Sequence record: PQ473534.1
Length of the DNA stretch: 47,273 bases
DNA from: Pseudomonas phage JB8
Direction: 5' to 3' (one strand)
The notes beneath the pieces were generated by a model. It was not told the DNA's origin. It was given only the letters and a program-made list of their open reading frames with translations, and did not search any database. Of the stretch, positions 19,107 through 27,553 are shown piece by piece. The position numbers were made by a program, and so were the translations under genes. Within the stretch, counting starts at the first letter, position 1. Every line of letters begins with the position of its first letter.

Positions 19107-22100
19107 ATGGCTGAGGACATCAATTCCGTTCTTGCAGAACTTCGTGCAAGACAACCTGTAAGCGACGGGACTGGGGAGCCATCTGAGACCGACAAAGTTC
19201 TCGCTGAGATCAGAAACCGTGGGGCATCGGAGGGTTCTTTCTACGATGCTCCCGTGACCCAAGAGCCCATTGATCCTAACTCGGCTTCTGCTGCGTTGGG
19301 TCGTGGGCTCAGTGGTTTGAAGCAGGACCTTGGTGGTACGCTTGAGGCAATTGGTGAGGCTGCCGGCTCTGAGTATCTAGCTCAGGCTGGTGCCAACTAT
19401 CGTGCAGAACAACAAGCAGATGCTCAACGGTTTGGACAAGCAGACTATAATACCTATAAGAATGTAGACCCAAATGATCCTGAACAGATCGGTGCCTACA
19501 TTAAGGAAATGGGTCTGTCCAGCGTAGCGGGTCTTGGCACCGTTGGTGCTGGTGCTGTGGCTGGTGGCGCCGTAGGTTCCATCTTTCCTCTTGTCGGTAC
19601 TGCCGTAGGTGCAGGCATCGGTGCTGCTCTTGCAGGCATTGGTGTCAACATTGGTGATGTGCAGAACAAGATCAAAGAGATTGACCCAGAGACTAAAAGC
19701 CCTTGGGCTTCAATCCTCGTTGGTAGTGGTCTTGGTGTTCTTGACGCCGCAGGTGTAAAGTCCCTAGCTAAGCCTTTTGTTAAAGAGCTGGGTGAAGAGG
19801 CTGCCTTTGGTATCCTCAAACAGGCTGGAGTAATGCCAGCTATCGCTGCTCATGCCGTAAAAGGTGCAGCCGTCGAGGGTAGCACTAGCGCCGCTCAGAG
19901 TGCCATTGGCGATGTTACTGCTGCTTATGCTACTGACACTGACATCAACACTGAGAAGCTGGTAGAGAATGCCATCAACTCTGGTTTGGGTGGATCCATC
20001 ATTGGTGCCCCGGTTGGGGGAACCTTTGGTGGGGTCGGCCAGGCCATGAGGAACCAAAGGGCTCCTGGAACTGCGGCTCCTGGCGCTACATTCACCGAAG
20101 GCAGAACTGAACCTCTGAACCTCGCACAAAACATCTGGGCCACTCTTGGTGGCACAGCAACCGACGTACTTGAGCCTCTGGCCCGCGTATCGCCCAAAGC
20201 GAAGGAGTTCATTGATTCGTTCAAGCCTGATCTTACTGGTGAGACCGCTACTGGCCGTACCATCATTGAAGATCAAGCTCTGCGCGCTGGTGAATGGGCC
20301 ACGAACTTCGAGACGTTTGCCAATCAGTACGGCTCTGGCCGTAAGGCACGTCAACAGTTCTTCGATGACTTGGCTGACCCCAGTAACTTAGCCCAGAGAA
20401 CTCCTGAGCAGCAAGCAGCTATTACCGGTGCTCGTCAGCTTATGGATAACGTCTTGGATCAAGCCAAGGCTGCTGATCTTGAGGTTGGCACCATCCCGAA
20501 CTACATGCCCTTCTTTATTGACGGCAAGAAGATCACTCGTAACAAAGACGCTTTCATTGCTGATATTACTCCGTATTTCAAAGATAAGGCGTCTGCCACA
20601 AAGGCAGTAAACGAGTGGCTTATCGCAGACAAGAAGAGCCATGAAGCTGCTCCAGAGATTCAGAAGTTGGTTACTCAGGACCAGAATGGTAACTGGGTGA
20701 TGGCTTCCAATGTTCAAACCCCGTTGGGTCCTGACACCATGCGTTACCGCTTTGGTCAAGGGCAAACACCACCTGAGTTTGGACAACTGGAGAAGGCTCG
20801 TGCTTTTGGGAATGTACCTCAGGCTGTTCTCAACAAATATGCCAAAGAGCGTACTGTGACGCAGAAGGAGGCTGCTTTCCGGGACTACTTCGAGGGTGCG
20901 GCCCACCGTATCTCCTTTGCTGATCGTTTTGGTCCTAAGGGTGAAAGAGCTAACGCTCAGATAGCCATGGCCATTAAGGAAGCTCAGGACTCGGGACGTG
21001 AGGTTACTAAGGCTGAGGTAGACCGGATGTTCAACATTCTGGATGCCTACAATGGGACTTACAATCGGATTAAGAACCAGACGATTAAGAACATCCAGAG
21101 CACTGCTGGGGTTGTCCTTACTGCTGCTACTCTTCCGCTTGTAACCCTGTCGTCCATCGTTGAGATTGCTACCCCTGCTATCCGTGGGGATATCTCTTCG
21201 GCGATTGCTAGCCTGGTTCCAACCTTTGGTGAATTGGCCAAGAGTGCAGCTACAACTCTTATGCGGGGTTCCCACAAGACGGAGTTTGCTCAGGTTGCAT
21301 CTGAGGCTAACCTCTCGTTCGCTGCTTCGCAGAGTGTTGCTGCCGAACGCCTTGGTGCTACGATGTTCACCCGAGGTGCAGCCAAAGCTAACCGTGCCTT
21401 CTTCAAGGCGAATGGTCTAGCCTATTGGACTCACTTCATGACCACCTACGCTGCCAAGACAGCAGAGACGATCTACAATCGTAATCTATTTGCCCTGGCC
21501 AACGGGTTGGATGGTACGAGTGCCAAGGGTGCTAACTACCTGAACCAACTACGGTCGATGGGCGTAGACGTACGAAGCCAGAAGGAAGCCATGGCCCTGT
21601 GGAATCCTCAGACTCCTGCGGAGATCATGAAGTCCAGACAAGCCAAGGTTCTCGCTGTGCGTCGCTTCACCAGGACCGCAGTGCTGGAACCCAATGTGGC
21701 TGACACCCCGCTGTGGATGAACGATGGCCGTATGCAAATGGTTGCGATGCTTCACCGCTATCCGGCTGCATTTACCAACACGATTCTCCCGGCGTTGTTC
21801 CGCAAAGGGCTTCCGTCTTGGGCTGGTTCCAGGACTCTGGCTGGTGTTGGAGCCACCAACGCATTGTTCATTCTTGGGTTTATGGTTCTGACTGGCTACG
21901 CGCAAGACGAGCTGAAGATGATCCTGAAGACTGGAGATTTGAACTTTGATGACGAGAGGGATCCGGTAGAGCGCTTTGTGGATGTGATGAACACCACGGT
22001 GTCTCCGTTGCAGGTCAGCTACATCACTGACTTCTTCGCAGCACCTCGGTATGGAACCTCTGGTGTTGAGAGCGTGCTTGGTCCGGCAGTTGGTAAGGTA

Positions 22101-22238
22101 GGGGAAGGCGCGAAGACGATCTATGAATTCGCCCAGAATCCAGATGAAGGGAAAATTTGGAAGTATCTCTACAAGCTCACCCCTGTGGCGCCATTCAGGC
22201 CGGGACGAGAAGCTGCATCAGAACTGGATGTGTTCTAA
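19107..22238 (+). CDS. large internal virion / ejection protein (1043 aa)
   Basis: Largest ORF, last of the plus arm (T7 gp16-like position). Gly/Ala-rich N-terminal third. No lytic transglycosylase motif seen. Confidence 0.55.
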   Translation: MAEDINSVLAELRARQPVSDGTGEPSETDKVLAEIRNRGASEGSFYDAPVTQEPIDPNSASAALGRGLSGLKQDLGGTLEAIGEAAGSEYLAQAGANYRAEQQADAQRFGQADYNTYKNVDPNDPEQIGAYIKEMGLSSVAGLGTVGAGAVAGGAVGSIFPLVGTAVGAGIGAALAGIGVNIGDVQNKIKEIDPETKSPWASILVGSGLGVLDAAGVKSLAKPFVKELGEEAAFGILKQAGVMPAIAAHAVKGAAVEGSTSAAQSAIGDVTAAYATDTDINTEKLVENAINSGLGGSIIGAPVGGTFGGVGQAMRNQRAPGTAAPGATFTEGRTEPLNLAQNIWATLGGTATDVLEPLARVSPKAKEFIDSFKPDLTGETATGRTIIEDQALRAGEWATNFETFANQYGSGRKARQQFFDDLADPSNLAQRTPEQQAAITGARQLMDNVLDQAKAADLEVGTIPNYMPFFIDGKKITRNKDAFIADITPYFKDKASATKAVNEWLIADKKSHEAAPEIQKLVTQDQNGNWVMASNVQTPLGPDTMRYRFGQGQTPPEFGQLEKARAFGNVPQAVLNKYAKERTVTQKEAAFRDYFEGAAHRISFADRFGPKGERANAQIAMAIKEAQDSGREVTKAEVDRMFNILDAYNGTYNRIKNQTIKNIQSTAGVVLTAATLPLVTLSSIVEIATPAIRGDISSAIASLVPTFGELAKSAATTLMRGSHKTEFAQVASEANLSFAASQSVAAERLGATMFTRGAAKANRAFFKANGLAYWTHFMTTYAAKTAETIYNRNLFALANGLDGTSAKGANYLNQLRSMGVDVRSQKEAMALWNPQTPAEIMKSRQAKVLAVRRFTRTAVLEPNVADTPLWMNDGRMQMVAMLHRYPAAFTNTILPALFRKGLPSWAGSRTLAGVGATNALFILGFMVLTGYAQDELKMILKTGDLNFDDERDPVERFVDVMNTTVSPLQVSYITDFFAAPRYGTSGVESVLGPAVGKVGEGAKTIYEFAQNPDEGKIWKYLYKLTPVAPFRPGREAASELDVF

Positions 22239-22243
22239 AAGAT

Positions 22244-22278
22244 AGCCCCCTTGGAGAAATCCTTGGGGGCTTTTTTGT
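22244..22278. terminator. bidirectional intrinsic terminator where the two arms converge
   Basis: AGCCCCC ... GGGGGCT stem with an inner GGA-gaaa-TCC tetraloop. TTTTTT follows on the plus strand and a weaker TATCTTTT on the minus strand. The last minus-arm ORF ends at 22278. Confidence 0.65.
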
Positions 22279-22499
22279 TACCACGTAAAAGACTTACGTC
22301 TCCATTTAATCCTATCTTTCCATCCAAAAGCTATGTAGATGAAGTTTCTTTTGGAGGCACCCATCTCTTTACAATAGGGTTCGGAGAATTTGATGTAGGA
22401 GAATACAAGACCCCTTTCGCCACCTTCATTTAAGGAGATGTATACGCCGTGAGCCTCTGACGCGCCATTGCTGATCTTGATACACCAGAAGCCTTTCAT
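22278..22499 (-). CDS. hypothetical protein (73 aa)
   Basis: ATG overlaps the stop of the upstream gene (CTATGA). The ORF ends exactly at the terminator hairpin. Confidence 0.35.
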   Translation of the reverse strand: MKGFWCIKISNGASEAHGVYISLNEGGERGLVFSYIKFSEPYCKEMGASKRNFIYIAFGWKDRIKWRRKSFTW

Positions 22500-22699
22500 A
22501 GGGCAGCACCCCTATTCCCAGACCGAAGAACTTCTCCCCTGTTCCATGCGGCAGTTGGGATAATTCCCCCGGTTAGTGTTGCCGATTGAAACCTGTCGGA
22601 GATTACGTTCTTGATCTCTTGGATCTCTTCTTGGGTTAGGTAGGTCTTAGATCCAAGCATTCCCCAGAGGTAAGCCAGAGTTTCTCTATCGTTCATCAT
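22496..22699 (-). CDS. hypothetical protein (67 aa)
   Basis: ORF; ATGA overlap with the upstream 48-aa ORF. Confidence 0.45.
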   Translation of the reverse strand: MMNDRETLAYLWGMLGSKTYLTQEEIQEIKNVISDRFQSATLTGGIIPTAAWNRGEVLRSGNRGAAL

Positions 22700-22842
22700 T
22701 TCTTCCTCTTCACGCGATTCTTCTTGCTGATCTCTATGGCTGCAAGTTGATCCTGCGCCTTCTCTTTCGTAGCGTGGGAGCCCAGGGTTTTATCCCCAGA
22801 CTCCGTAGTGACTACGAACTTCTTGCCTCGTTTCTTAATCAT
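22696..22842 (-). CDS. small Lys-rich protein (48 aa) MIKKRGKKFVVTTESGDKTLGSHATKEKAQDQLAAIEISKKNRVKRKK; not in the ORF track
   Basis: Hand-translated. ATGA overlaps at both ends chain it to the neighbouring genes. Confidence 0.35.
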   Translation of the reverse strand: MIKKRGKKFVVTTESGDKTLGSHATKEKAQDQLAAIEISKKNRVKRKK

Positions 22843-23165
22843 ACAATCCCATTTCGATCCAGACATTCAATCATGGCTACGACTACGGCTGCGACTTGTA
22901 CCAGCTCTTCTCGGAAAGCTTGAGTGTTTCCCATAGCTGCCTGCTCATATGCCTCAAAGATTTCCTCATTGAGGATATGGCTCCAACGACCACGACCGTT
23001 AGCAAAGGCTTTATCACAAGCATCCCGATGCAGGTTTGCCATGTGAGTGTAAGCCTCTACGGGGTTGTTTTGATCCTGGCTGAGATACACAAAGGGGTGA
23101 TTTTGCTCACCCCATTTGGCATCCTGAGCTGCACGTTCAGTTTGGATATCGTCGTATACACTCAC
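22839..23165 (-). CDS. MazG-like all-alpha NTP pyrophosphohydrolase (tentative)
   Basis: 108 aa. ERAAQDAKWGEQ, then EEIFEAYEQ and REELVQVAAVVVAMIECLD acidic-helix motifs resemble MazG-type E..E / E..D metal sites. Confidence 0.4.
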   Translation of the reverse strand: MSVYDDIQTERAAQDAKWGEQNHPFVYLSQDQNNPVEAYTHMANLHRDACDKAFANGRGRWSHILNEEIFEAYEQAAMGNTQAFREELVQVAAVVVAMIECLDRNGIV

Positions 23166-23167
23166 TG

Positions 23168-23935
23168 TTATTCACCCAGCAGTCGCTTAACGCTGACCTG
23201 CTCCAAGTCGTAATTGCCGTTCTCAACCCCATGCATCATGATTACACCACGGTAGTGGTTGTTACCTTGGTAGCCCTTATACGGTTCATCATGAAGATAG
23301 CAAGCACCAGCAATCAAACCTTTGATTACCGAGCCATCAGAGAGATACTCTTCGGCGGTACGGAAGGTTTGCTCATGGCCTTGTACGAAGGAGCGCTTGA
23401 TCTTGTTGAGACGATACTCGGCGCTACCACCATAGGGTCGACCCGAGAGAGGATTATAGAAGTAGTGAGAGAACAAGACCCCCTCAATCTCTACAACCTC
23501 CAGGAAGTCATGAACGTTGAATGGATACCCTTCCAGCATGTCATCATAAGACACGAGGCCACGGAGTTCAGGGAATCGAGAGGCTCGTTCCTCATGATTA
23601 CCAATCAGGAACTCCTGGGTAGGGGCATACACTTTGTGCTTGGACGAACGTTGGCGTTGCTGTAGATCAAGGAGGGGAGCCTGGATTACATCCATAGCGA
23701 CTCGACCTGCCTCGATATCTGCGCGCACGGCACCACCATCGAAAGTCTTCTTGTTGATTTTGCCCATATCGTGGACGCTCAGGGACGCCATATCAAAATG
23801 GTCGCCGCCAAAGACCACAATATCAGGGCGCCACGATACGATCAGTTCTCCGATAGCTTGAGCCAGGGGGAGATTCTTCTCAAGGTTATCCGGTCGGATC
23901 TGCGTATCAGGCACATAGAGAATGTTAGAGGCCAT
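23168..23935 (-). CDS. calcineurin-like metallophosphoesterase
   Basis: VVFGGDHFD (GDxxD motif) and LIGNHEER (GNHE motif) in the canonical order. Confidence 0.7.
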   Translation of the reverse strand: MASNILYVPDTQIRPDNLEKNLPLAQAIGELIVSWRPDIVVFGGDHFDMASLSVHDMGKINKKTFDGGAVRADIEAGRVAMDVIQAPLLDLQQRQRSSKHKVYAPTQEFLIGNHEERASRFPELRGLVSYDDMLEGYPFNVHDFLEVVEIEGVLFSHYFYNPLSGRPYGGSAEYRLNKIKRSFVQGHEQTFRTAEEYLSDGSVIKGLIAGACYLHDEPYKGYQGNNHYRGVIMMHGVENGNYDLEQVSVKRLLGE

Positions 23936-24347
23936 TGATTAGTTCACCTATTGTGTTTTCATCGAACCAACGAAAGCCGTTCTTATCGCACCATTCGAGG
24001 TGACTCATCTTGGTGCCATCAGTGCGGCGAGCTTGGAAGTGCATTGGCTTTGCTGGGTTCTCAAACACGAAGACCAACTCCATGTGCTCGGGAAGAGCCT
24101 TTCGTACCCATAGGTACTTGGTGCAATCTTCTCGATCTTGGAAGTATCCTTTGCATTCGACAAGGACGTCTCCAACTCGGAAGTCAGGTTCGTATGTGTG
24201 CTCCCATACATAGGGCACCCGTGGGGGATGATGCTCTGCGGTGGCAAGGAGACCCTCGTGGAGTCGGCGCTCCAGCGTTGAGTCATACTTGGTTCCCTTC
24301 AGGCTTTCATCTTTAGGTCGAAAGTATCGGCCATGTTTTGCAACCAT
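23925..24347 (-). CDS. T7 endonuclease I (gp3)-like Holliday junction resolvase
   Basis: HTYEPDFRVGDVLVECKG...ELVFVFEN...HLEWCDKNGFRWFD aligns with T7 gp3 HTYTPDFLLPNGIFVETKG...IRIVFSSS...YGEFCEKHGIKFAD, with the PD-(D/E)xK core conserved. Confidence 0.75.
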   Translation of the reverse strand: MVAKHGRYFRPKDESLKGTKYDSTLERRLHEGLLATAEHHPPRVPYVWEHTYEPDFRVGDVLVECKGYFQDREDCTKYLWVRKALPEHMELVFVFENPAKPMHFQARRTDGTKMSHLEWCDKNGFRWFDENTIGELINGL

Positions 24348-25165
24348 TAAACCTCCGGATGAATAAGTCGATGTTCGTTAATAGAAGTATATCGGAGTAC
24401 AACAGGTTCGAAGTCTTGATCATTCATTTCGAAATCTTCACTGCGTATACTACTATACTTTCTTCGAAGCTTCTCTTGTCGATCCCTCCACCTGTTCCCA
24501 GATGTGGTTAATTTTCGAGCAGCATTATAACCATATCGCGTAGTCTCATAATCTGGTGTGGGTGTCCAGGCTTCAAGAAGAGAGTGAGGAACAACAATAC
24601 GATCTAATCCGAATATGCTAGTTTCCCACCTATCGGATAAGTTTGTATTAAGTTCTAACCCCATAAATATCATGGAGATTTCTGTATCAAAGCTTCGCAT
24701 AAGGTCTTCAAACCATTGTTCGCAACTTACAAATGGAATTAAAGACTTCATGATGTTAACTTGAACTTCATTCTCCCGATCGTACTCATACACAGCAGAG
24801 TTATTAATATCAGAATATGGACTGGTCGAAACCATATTTGTTTGAAACACAGTCCTCATATCACTGGTATTAATTAAACTCATGTTTGAGTTGGCTGGAA
24901 TCCAGAAGTCTAAATCTTTTGGCTCAGCACCTAAAAGGGTATCTCTGAGGAATCCTCCACCAAGTGTTACAGGACAACCGGCAGGAAGACCGGCAGTTAT
25001 CTTGCAAACCCACCTAAAAAGAGCAAACCTTAAGTAAGACAGCATGTGATGGTTGTATGGAACTGGGGTATTATCACCTAAAAGAATTCCATTATCTGAA
25101 ACCATTCGGAATGGCCGATGGGGGTTCCCATAAAGCCCTCGGAGTGACGAATAGTTGATCGCCAT
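24347..25165 (-). CDS. CCA-adding / polyA-polymerase-family nucleotidyltransferase (head domain only, 272 aa)
   Basis: VTLGGGFLRDTLLGAEPKDLDFWI matches the class-II tRNA nucleotidyltransferase motif GGAVRD.LLG....D.D. The gene is markedly AT-rich (~40% GC) against ~52% flanks. Confidence 0.6.
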   Translation of the reverse strand: MAINYSSLRGLYGNPHRPFRMVSDNGILLGDNTPVPYNHHMLSYLRFALFRWVCKITAGLPAGCPVTLGGGFLRDTLLGAEPKDLDFWIPANSNMSLINTSDMRTVFQTNMVSTSPYSDINNSAVYEYDRENEVQVNIMKSLIPFVSCEQWFEDLMRSFDTEISMIFMGLELNTNLSDRWETSIFGLDRIVVPHSLLEAWTPTPDYETTRYGYNAARKLTTSGNRWRDRQEKLRRKYSSIRSEDFEMNDQDFEPVVLRYTSINEHRLIHPEV

Positions 25166-25946
25166 CTTCTTTCACCTCTGCATCATCAAGAAGCCAAGCC
25201 AACCTTGCATTTTCAAGCAAGAGTTCATATCCACGTTCAGGACCAAGTTTCTTTGCGAAGACCCAATAGGTTGCCTCCCAAAGTTCTTCCTCACTGGAAC
25301 AACCATACAGTGCTGCCATCGCCCCTTGCGGTCCAACGCCAGGACAACCCTTGTAGTTGTCAATGTCGTCACCACAGATGACTTGGCCGTAGAAGAACTT
25401 CAAACCTTCACCTACGAGTTTGTATCCACCGCTTGGCCGAGGACGTGCTTCAATGGTGCCAAGAGCATCAACCTTATGCATAACGATCTCAGGTTGAGAT
25501 TCTCCGCACCTCCATGAGTATTGCCAACAAGGTACGATCCTTAGGTCTTTGTCCCTTGAGGCGATACAGGTTTCATCTGGCGCTTGCCTTGCGAATAGAG
25601 ACAGAACATCGTCCGCTTCTGCGCCATGTACCGTATAGGCACCGCACTCTTGTACAAGAATCTCACCGATTGTGGACCAGTGGTGTGGTTTTGATTCTGT
25701 ACGCTGGCCTTTATAAGGATGAGTTTTAGCGATGTCGTAACGGTAGTTGGACCCAGCAGATAGGAATACTTCATAACCAGTCGCGTCAGTCCTTCGGACA
25801 ATCGTTTCAATTCTCTTCTCCACCAGGTCTTCAACTCTGGATCTTTCCCAAGGCCGCAACACCTTTTGGCCGAAGTGAATATCCACACTGTTGGCTACAT
25901 TCCCCAGCTCATACCTGAGTACGTCTCCATCGATTAAAGTTCTCAC
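25092..25946 (-). CDS. 5'-3' exonuclease / flap endonuclease (T7 gp6-like)
   Basis: LIDGDVLRYE N-terminal motif, SRDKDL, and H3TH-like FFYGQVICGDDIDNYKGCPGVGPQGA. Confidence 0.75.
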   Translation of the reverse strand: MRTLIDGDVLRYELGNVANSVDIHFGQKVLRPWERSRVEDLVEKRIETIVRRTDATGYEVFLSAGSNYRYDIAKTHPYKGQRTESKPHHWSTIGEILVQECGAYTVHGAEADDVLSLFARQAPDETCIASRDKDLRIVPCWQYSWRCGESQPEIVMHKVDALGTIEARPRPSGGYKLVGEGLKFFYGQVICGDDIDNYKGCPGVGPQGAMAALYGCSSEEELWEATYWVFAKKLGPERGYELLLENARLAWLLDDAEVKEDGDQLFVTPRALWEPPSAIPNGFR

Positions 25947-26251
25947 TCATCGATTTCCTCTTTGGTTTCTGGTTTCTTCTCCAGCTCATGGAGGATATCA
26001 TTCCACTGTGTGGCAAGGGCTTGAGTACTTTCCCGATGGGCAAAGGTCGGGTGATCAAACATGATCTTAATTGAGGAGTTCTTGTAGCCCTCCCAATCGT
26101 AGTTAGGATCAGCTTGACGCTTAGCTTTATCCCAAGCGGCGGCATCCAATGTGCCGCCTGGGGTTTCAGCATCTGGATTCAACACCTCGATACCACGGAT
26201 GGTGTGATTACTCGGGACGGTCTTTGCGAAAGATGCTAGTAACTTTTCCAT
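25943..26251 (-). CDS. hypothetical protein (102 aa)
   Basis: ORF; start overlaps the upstream stop. Confidence 0.45.
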   Translation of the reverse strand: MEKLLASFAKTVPSNHTIRGIEVLNPDAETPGGTLDAAAWDKAKRQADPNYDWEGYKNSSIKIMFDHPTFAHRESTQALATQWNDILHELEKKPETKEEIDE

Positions 26252-26525
26252 TGTCTTCTCCTACAACCTGTTTGACTACCAGCTCATCGTATGCTTCTTG
26301 AAGAGCCGTAGCGGTTGTTACTGCAAGTGGGAGATTCTGAGCGCTAGACTCAACAGTCCCATAGAGTTTGTTAACGACCGAATATTCACCGAGATTCCGA
26401 TCCGTCTTTTCCCTGGCCAGTGTTCGCCAACCAGGTGGAGTTACAACCACCAGGTAGATAGGGGTTTCAAAGACCGTTTGGTTTTTATTCAGTTGGTCGA
26501 TCTTCCAGAACAGTTCTTCAACCAT
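26208..26525 (-). CDS. hypothetical protein (105 aa)
   Basis: ORF. Confidence 0.45.
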   Translation of the reverse strand: MVEELFWKIDQLNKNQTVFETPIYLVVVTPPGWRTLAREKTDRNLGEYSVVNKLYGTVESSAQNLPLAVTTATALQEAYDELVVKQVVGEDNGKVTSIFRKDRPE

Positions 26526-26910
26526 TCGCTTCCTCCTTGGGAATCATACTCAGGATTCCTTCGAGATCAGGTACGGCTGGCGGACGGTCATCGATCAGTT
26601 TCCCGCAAGCTTCGGCATCAAGGAGGATGCCAAGGCAGGCCATTGCGTGAGCCAGGTGTTTAACTTTCGAGTCTGATGCTACATCTTCGCCACCATCGTA
26701 AAACAAGTCGATGTGACGCTTGGCTGCTGCTACATAGACCGAGGCTGCAACTCCAGTTTCCCTCCAGTTGGCGGGACCATACTTGCGAGCACCATCGGCG
26801 AATGCCTTGGCCATGTAGATGGTAGCTACTGCCGGCACAAGTTGCATGGGGGCTTTTTTGGCCCCCTGCAAACTTTTAGGATTGCCGTCAGGGTATTTAG
26901 TCTCAACCAT
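26518..26910 (-). CDS. dATP/dGTP pyrophosphohydrolase N-terminal-like domain protein (130 aa), tentative
   Basis: Start trimmed to the ATG at 26910 (GGGAGAGG RBS) just after the SSB stop. ARKYGPANWRE...AAAKRHIDLFYDGGEDVASDSKVKHLAHAMACLGILLD matches the KYG..NW ... RH ... E.D.ESG..HLAH pattern I recall for PF04447-type domains. Confidence 0.45.
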   Translation of the reverse strand: MVETKYPDGNPKSLQGAKKAPMQLVPAVATIYMAKAFADGARKYGPANWRETGVAASVYVAAAKRHIDLFYDGGEDVASDSKVKHLAHAMACLGILLDAEACGKLIDDRPPAVPDLEGILSMIPKEEANG

Positions 26911-26923
26911 AACGGCCTCTCCC

Positions 26924-27541
26924 TTACCAGCGATCATCTTCGTCGTCGGAGTTATCTTCCACATCCGAGGAGTCGCTGTCGTCCTCAGAGTCTTCACCTT
27001 CGGCTTTCTCGTACTTGCGGACACCCGAGGTATAACCATCATCCACCTCGGCCCAATCGCCTGTACCACCCGTAGACCCACCAACGATCTCGTGGAATCG
27101 AATCGCACGGAGACGCAGGGTCAGGCCGCCGCCAAAGCCCTCGAAAGGTACAACCTCGACTTCGACTTCACCTTTAGAACCAGCGAAGGGAGCCGGTGCA
27201 TCTTCGGGGTACTCGACGGTCTTACCATCAACGATGTGGTACAGGCGAGGTTTGACCTCCGTAGTCTCGCCAGACTTCAACTTGATGATCGCATGTTGCT
27301 TGGTCTTGAATTTGATCTGTCCATCAACCTTTGTAGGTTTCAGGCGCGCCTTCTTCCCTTTGACGGTAGCCCGAGCATCAGACTCTACGCGGGCGCAGAA
27401 CTCCTTAGCTTGTTCGGGCGTCATCAAGATATCAGCTTTGTAATCACCCTCTTTGTTGAACTGGGTGTCCGGCTTACGCAGGTAGCAATATCCAAGTTCA
27501 ACTACAGGAGTGGTCACGATAAAACGGTCGGCTTTAGCCAT
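26924..27541 (-). CDS. single-stranded DNA-binding protein (T7 gp2.5-like)
   Basis: GAGGTG RBS before the ATG at 27541. ~205 aa with an extremely acidic C-terminal tail, EDSEDDSDSSDVEDNSDDEDDRW, ending in an aromatic residue as in gp2.5. Sits next to the DNA polymerase. Confidence 0.55.
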   Translation of the reverse strand: MAKADRFIVTTPVVELGYCYLRKPDTQFNKEGDYKADILMTPEQAKEFCARVESDARATVKGKKARLKPTKVDGQIKFKTKQHAIIKLKSGETTEVKPRLYHIVDGKTVEYPEDAPAPFAGSKGEVEVEVVPFEGFGGGLTLRLRAIRFHEIVGGSTGGTGDWAEVDDGYTSGVRKYEKAEGEDSEDDSDSSDVEDNSDDEDDRW

Positions 27542-27553
27542 GTGTCTCACCTC

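Noticed and set aside
22283-22299. ACGTAA-aagac-TTACGT hairpin as a second terminator
   Set aside because: No T-tract on either strand, and it lies within the 73-aa ORF. Probably incidental.
22251-22433. 60-aa plus-strand ORF in the convergence region
   Set aside because: Begins inside the terminator hairpin, is antisense to the last minus-arm gene (22278-22499), and has no RBS. Most likely non-coding.
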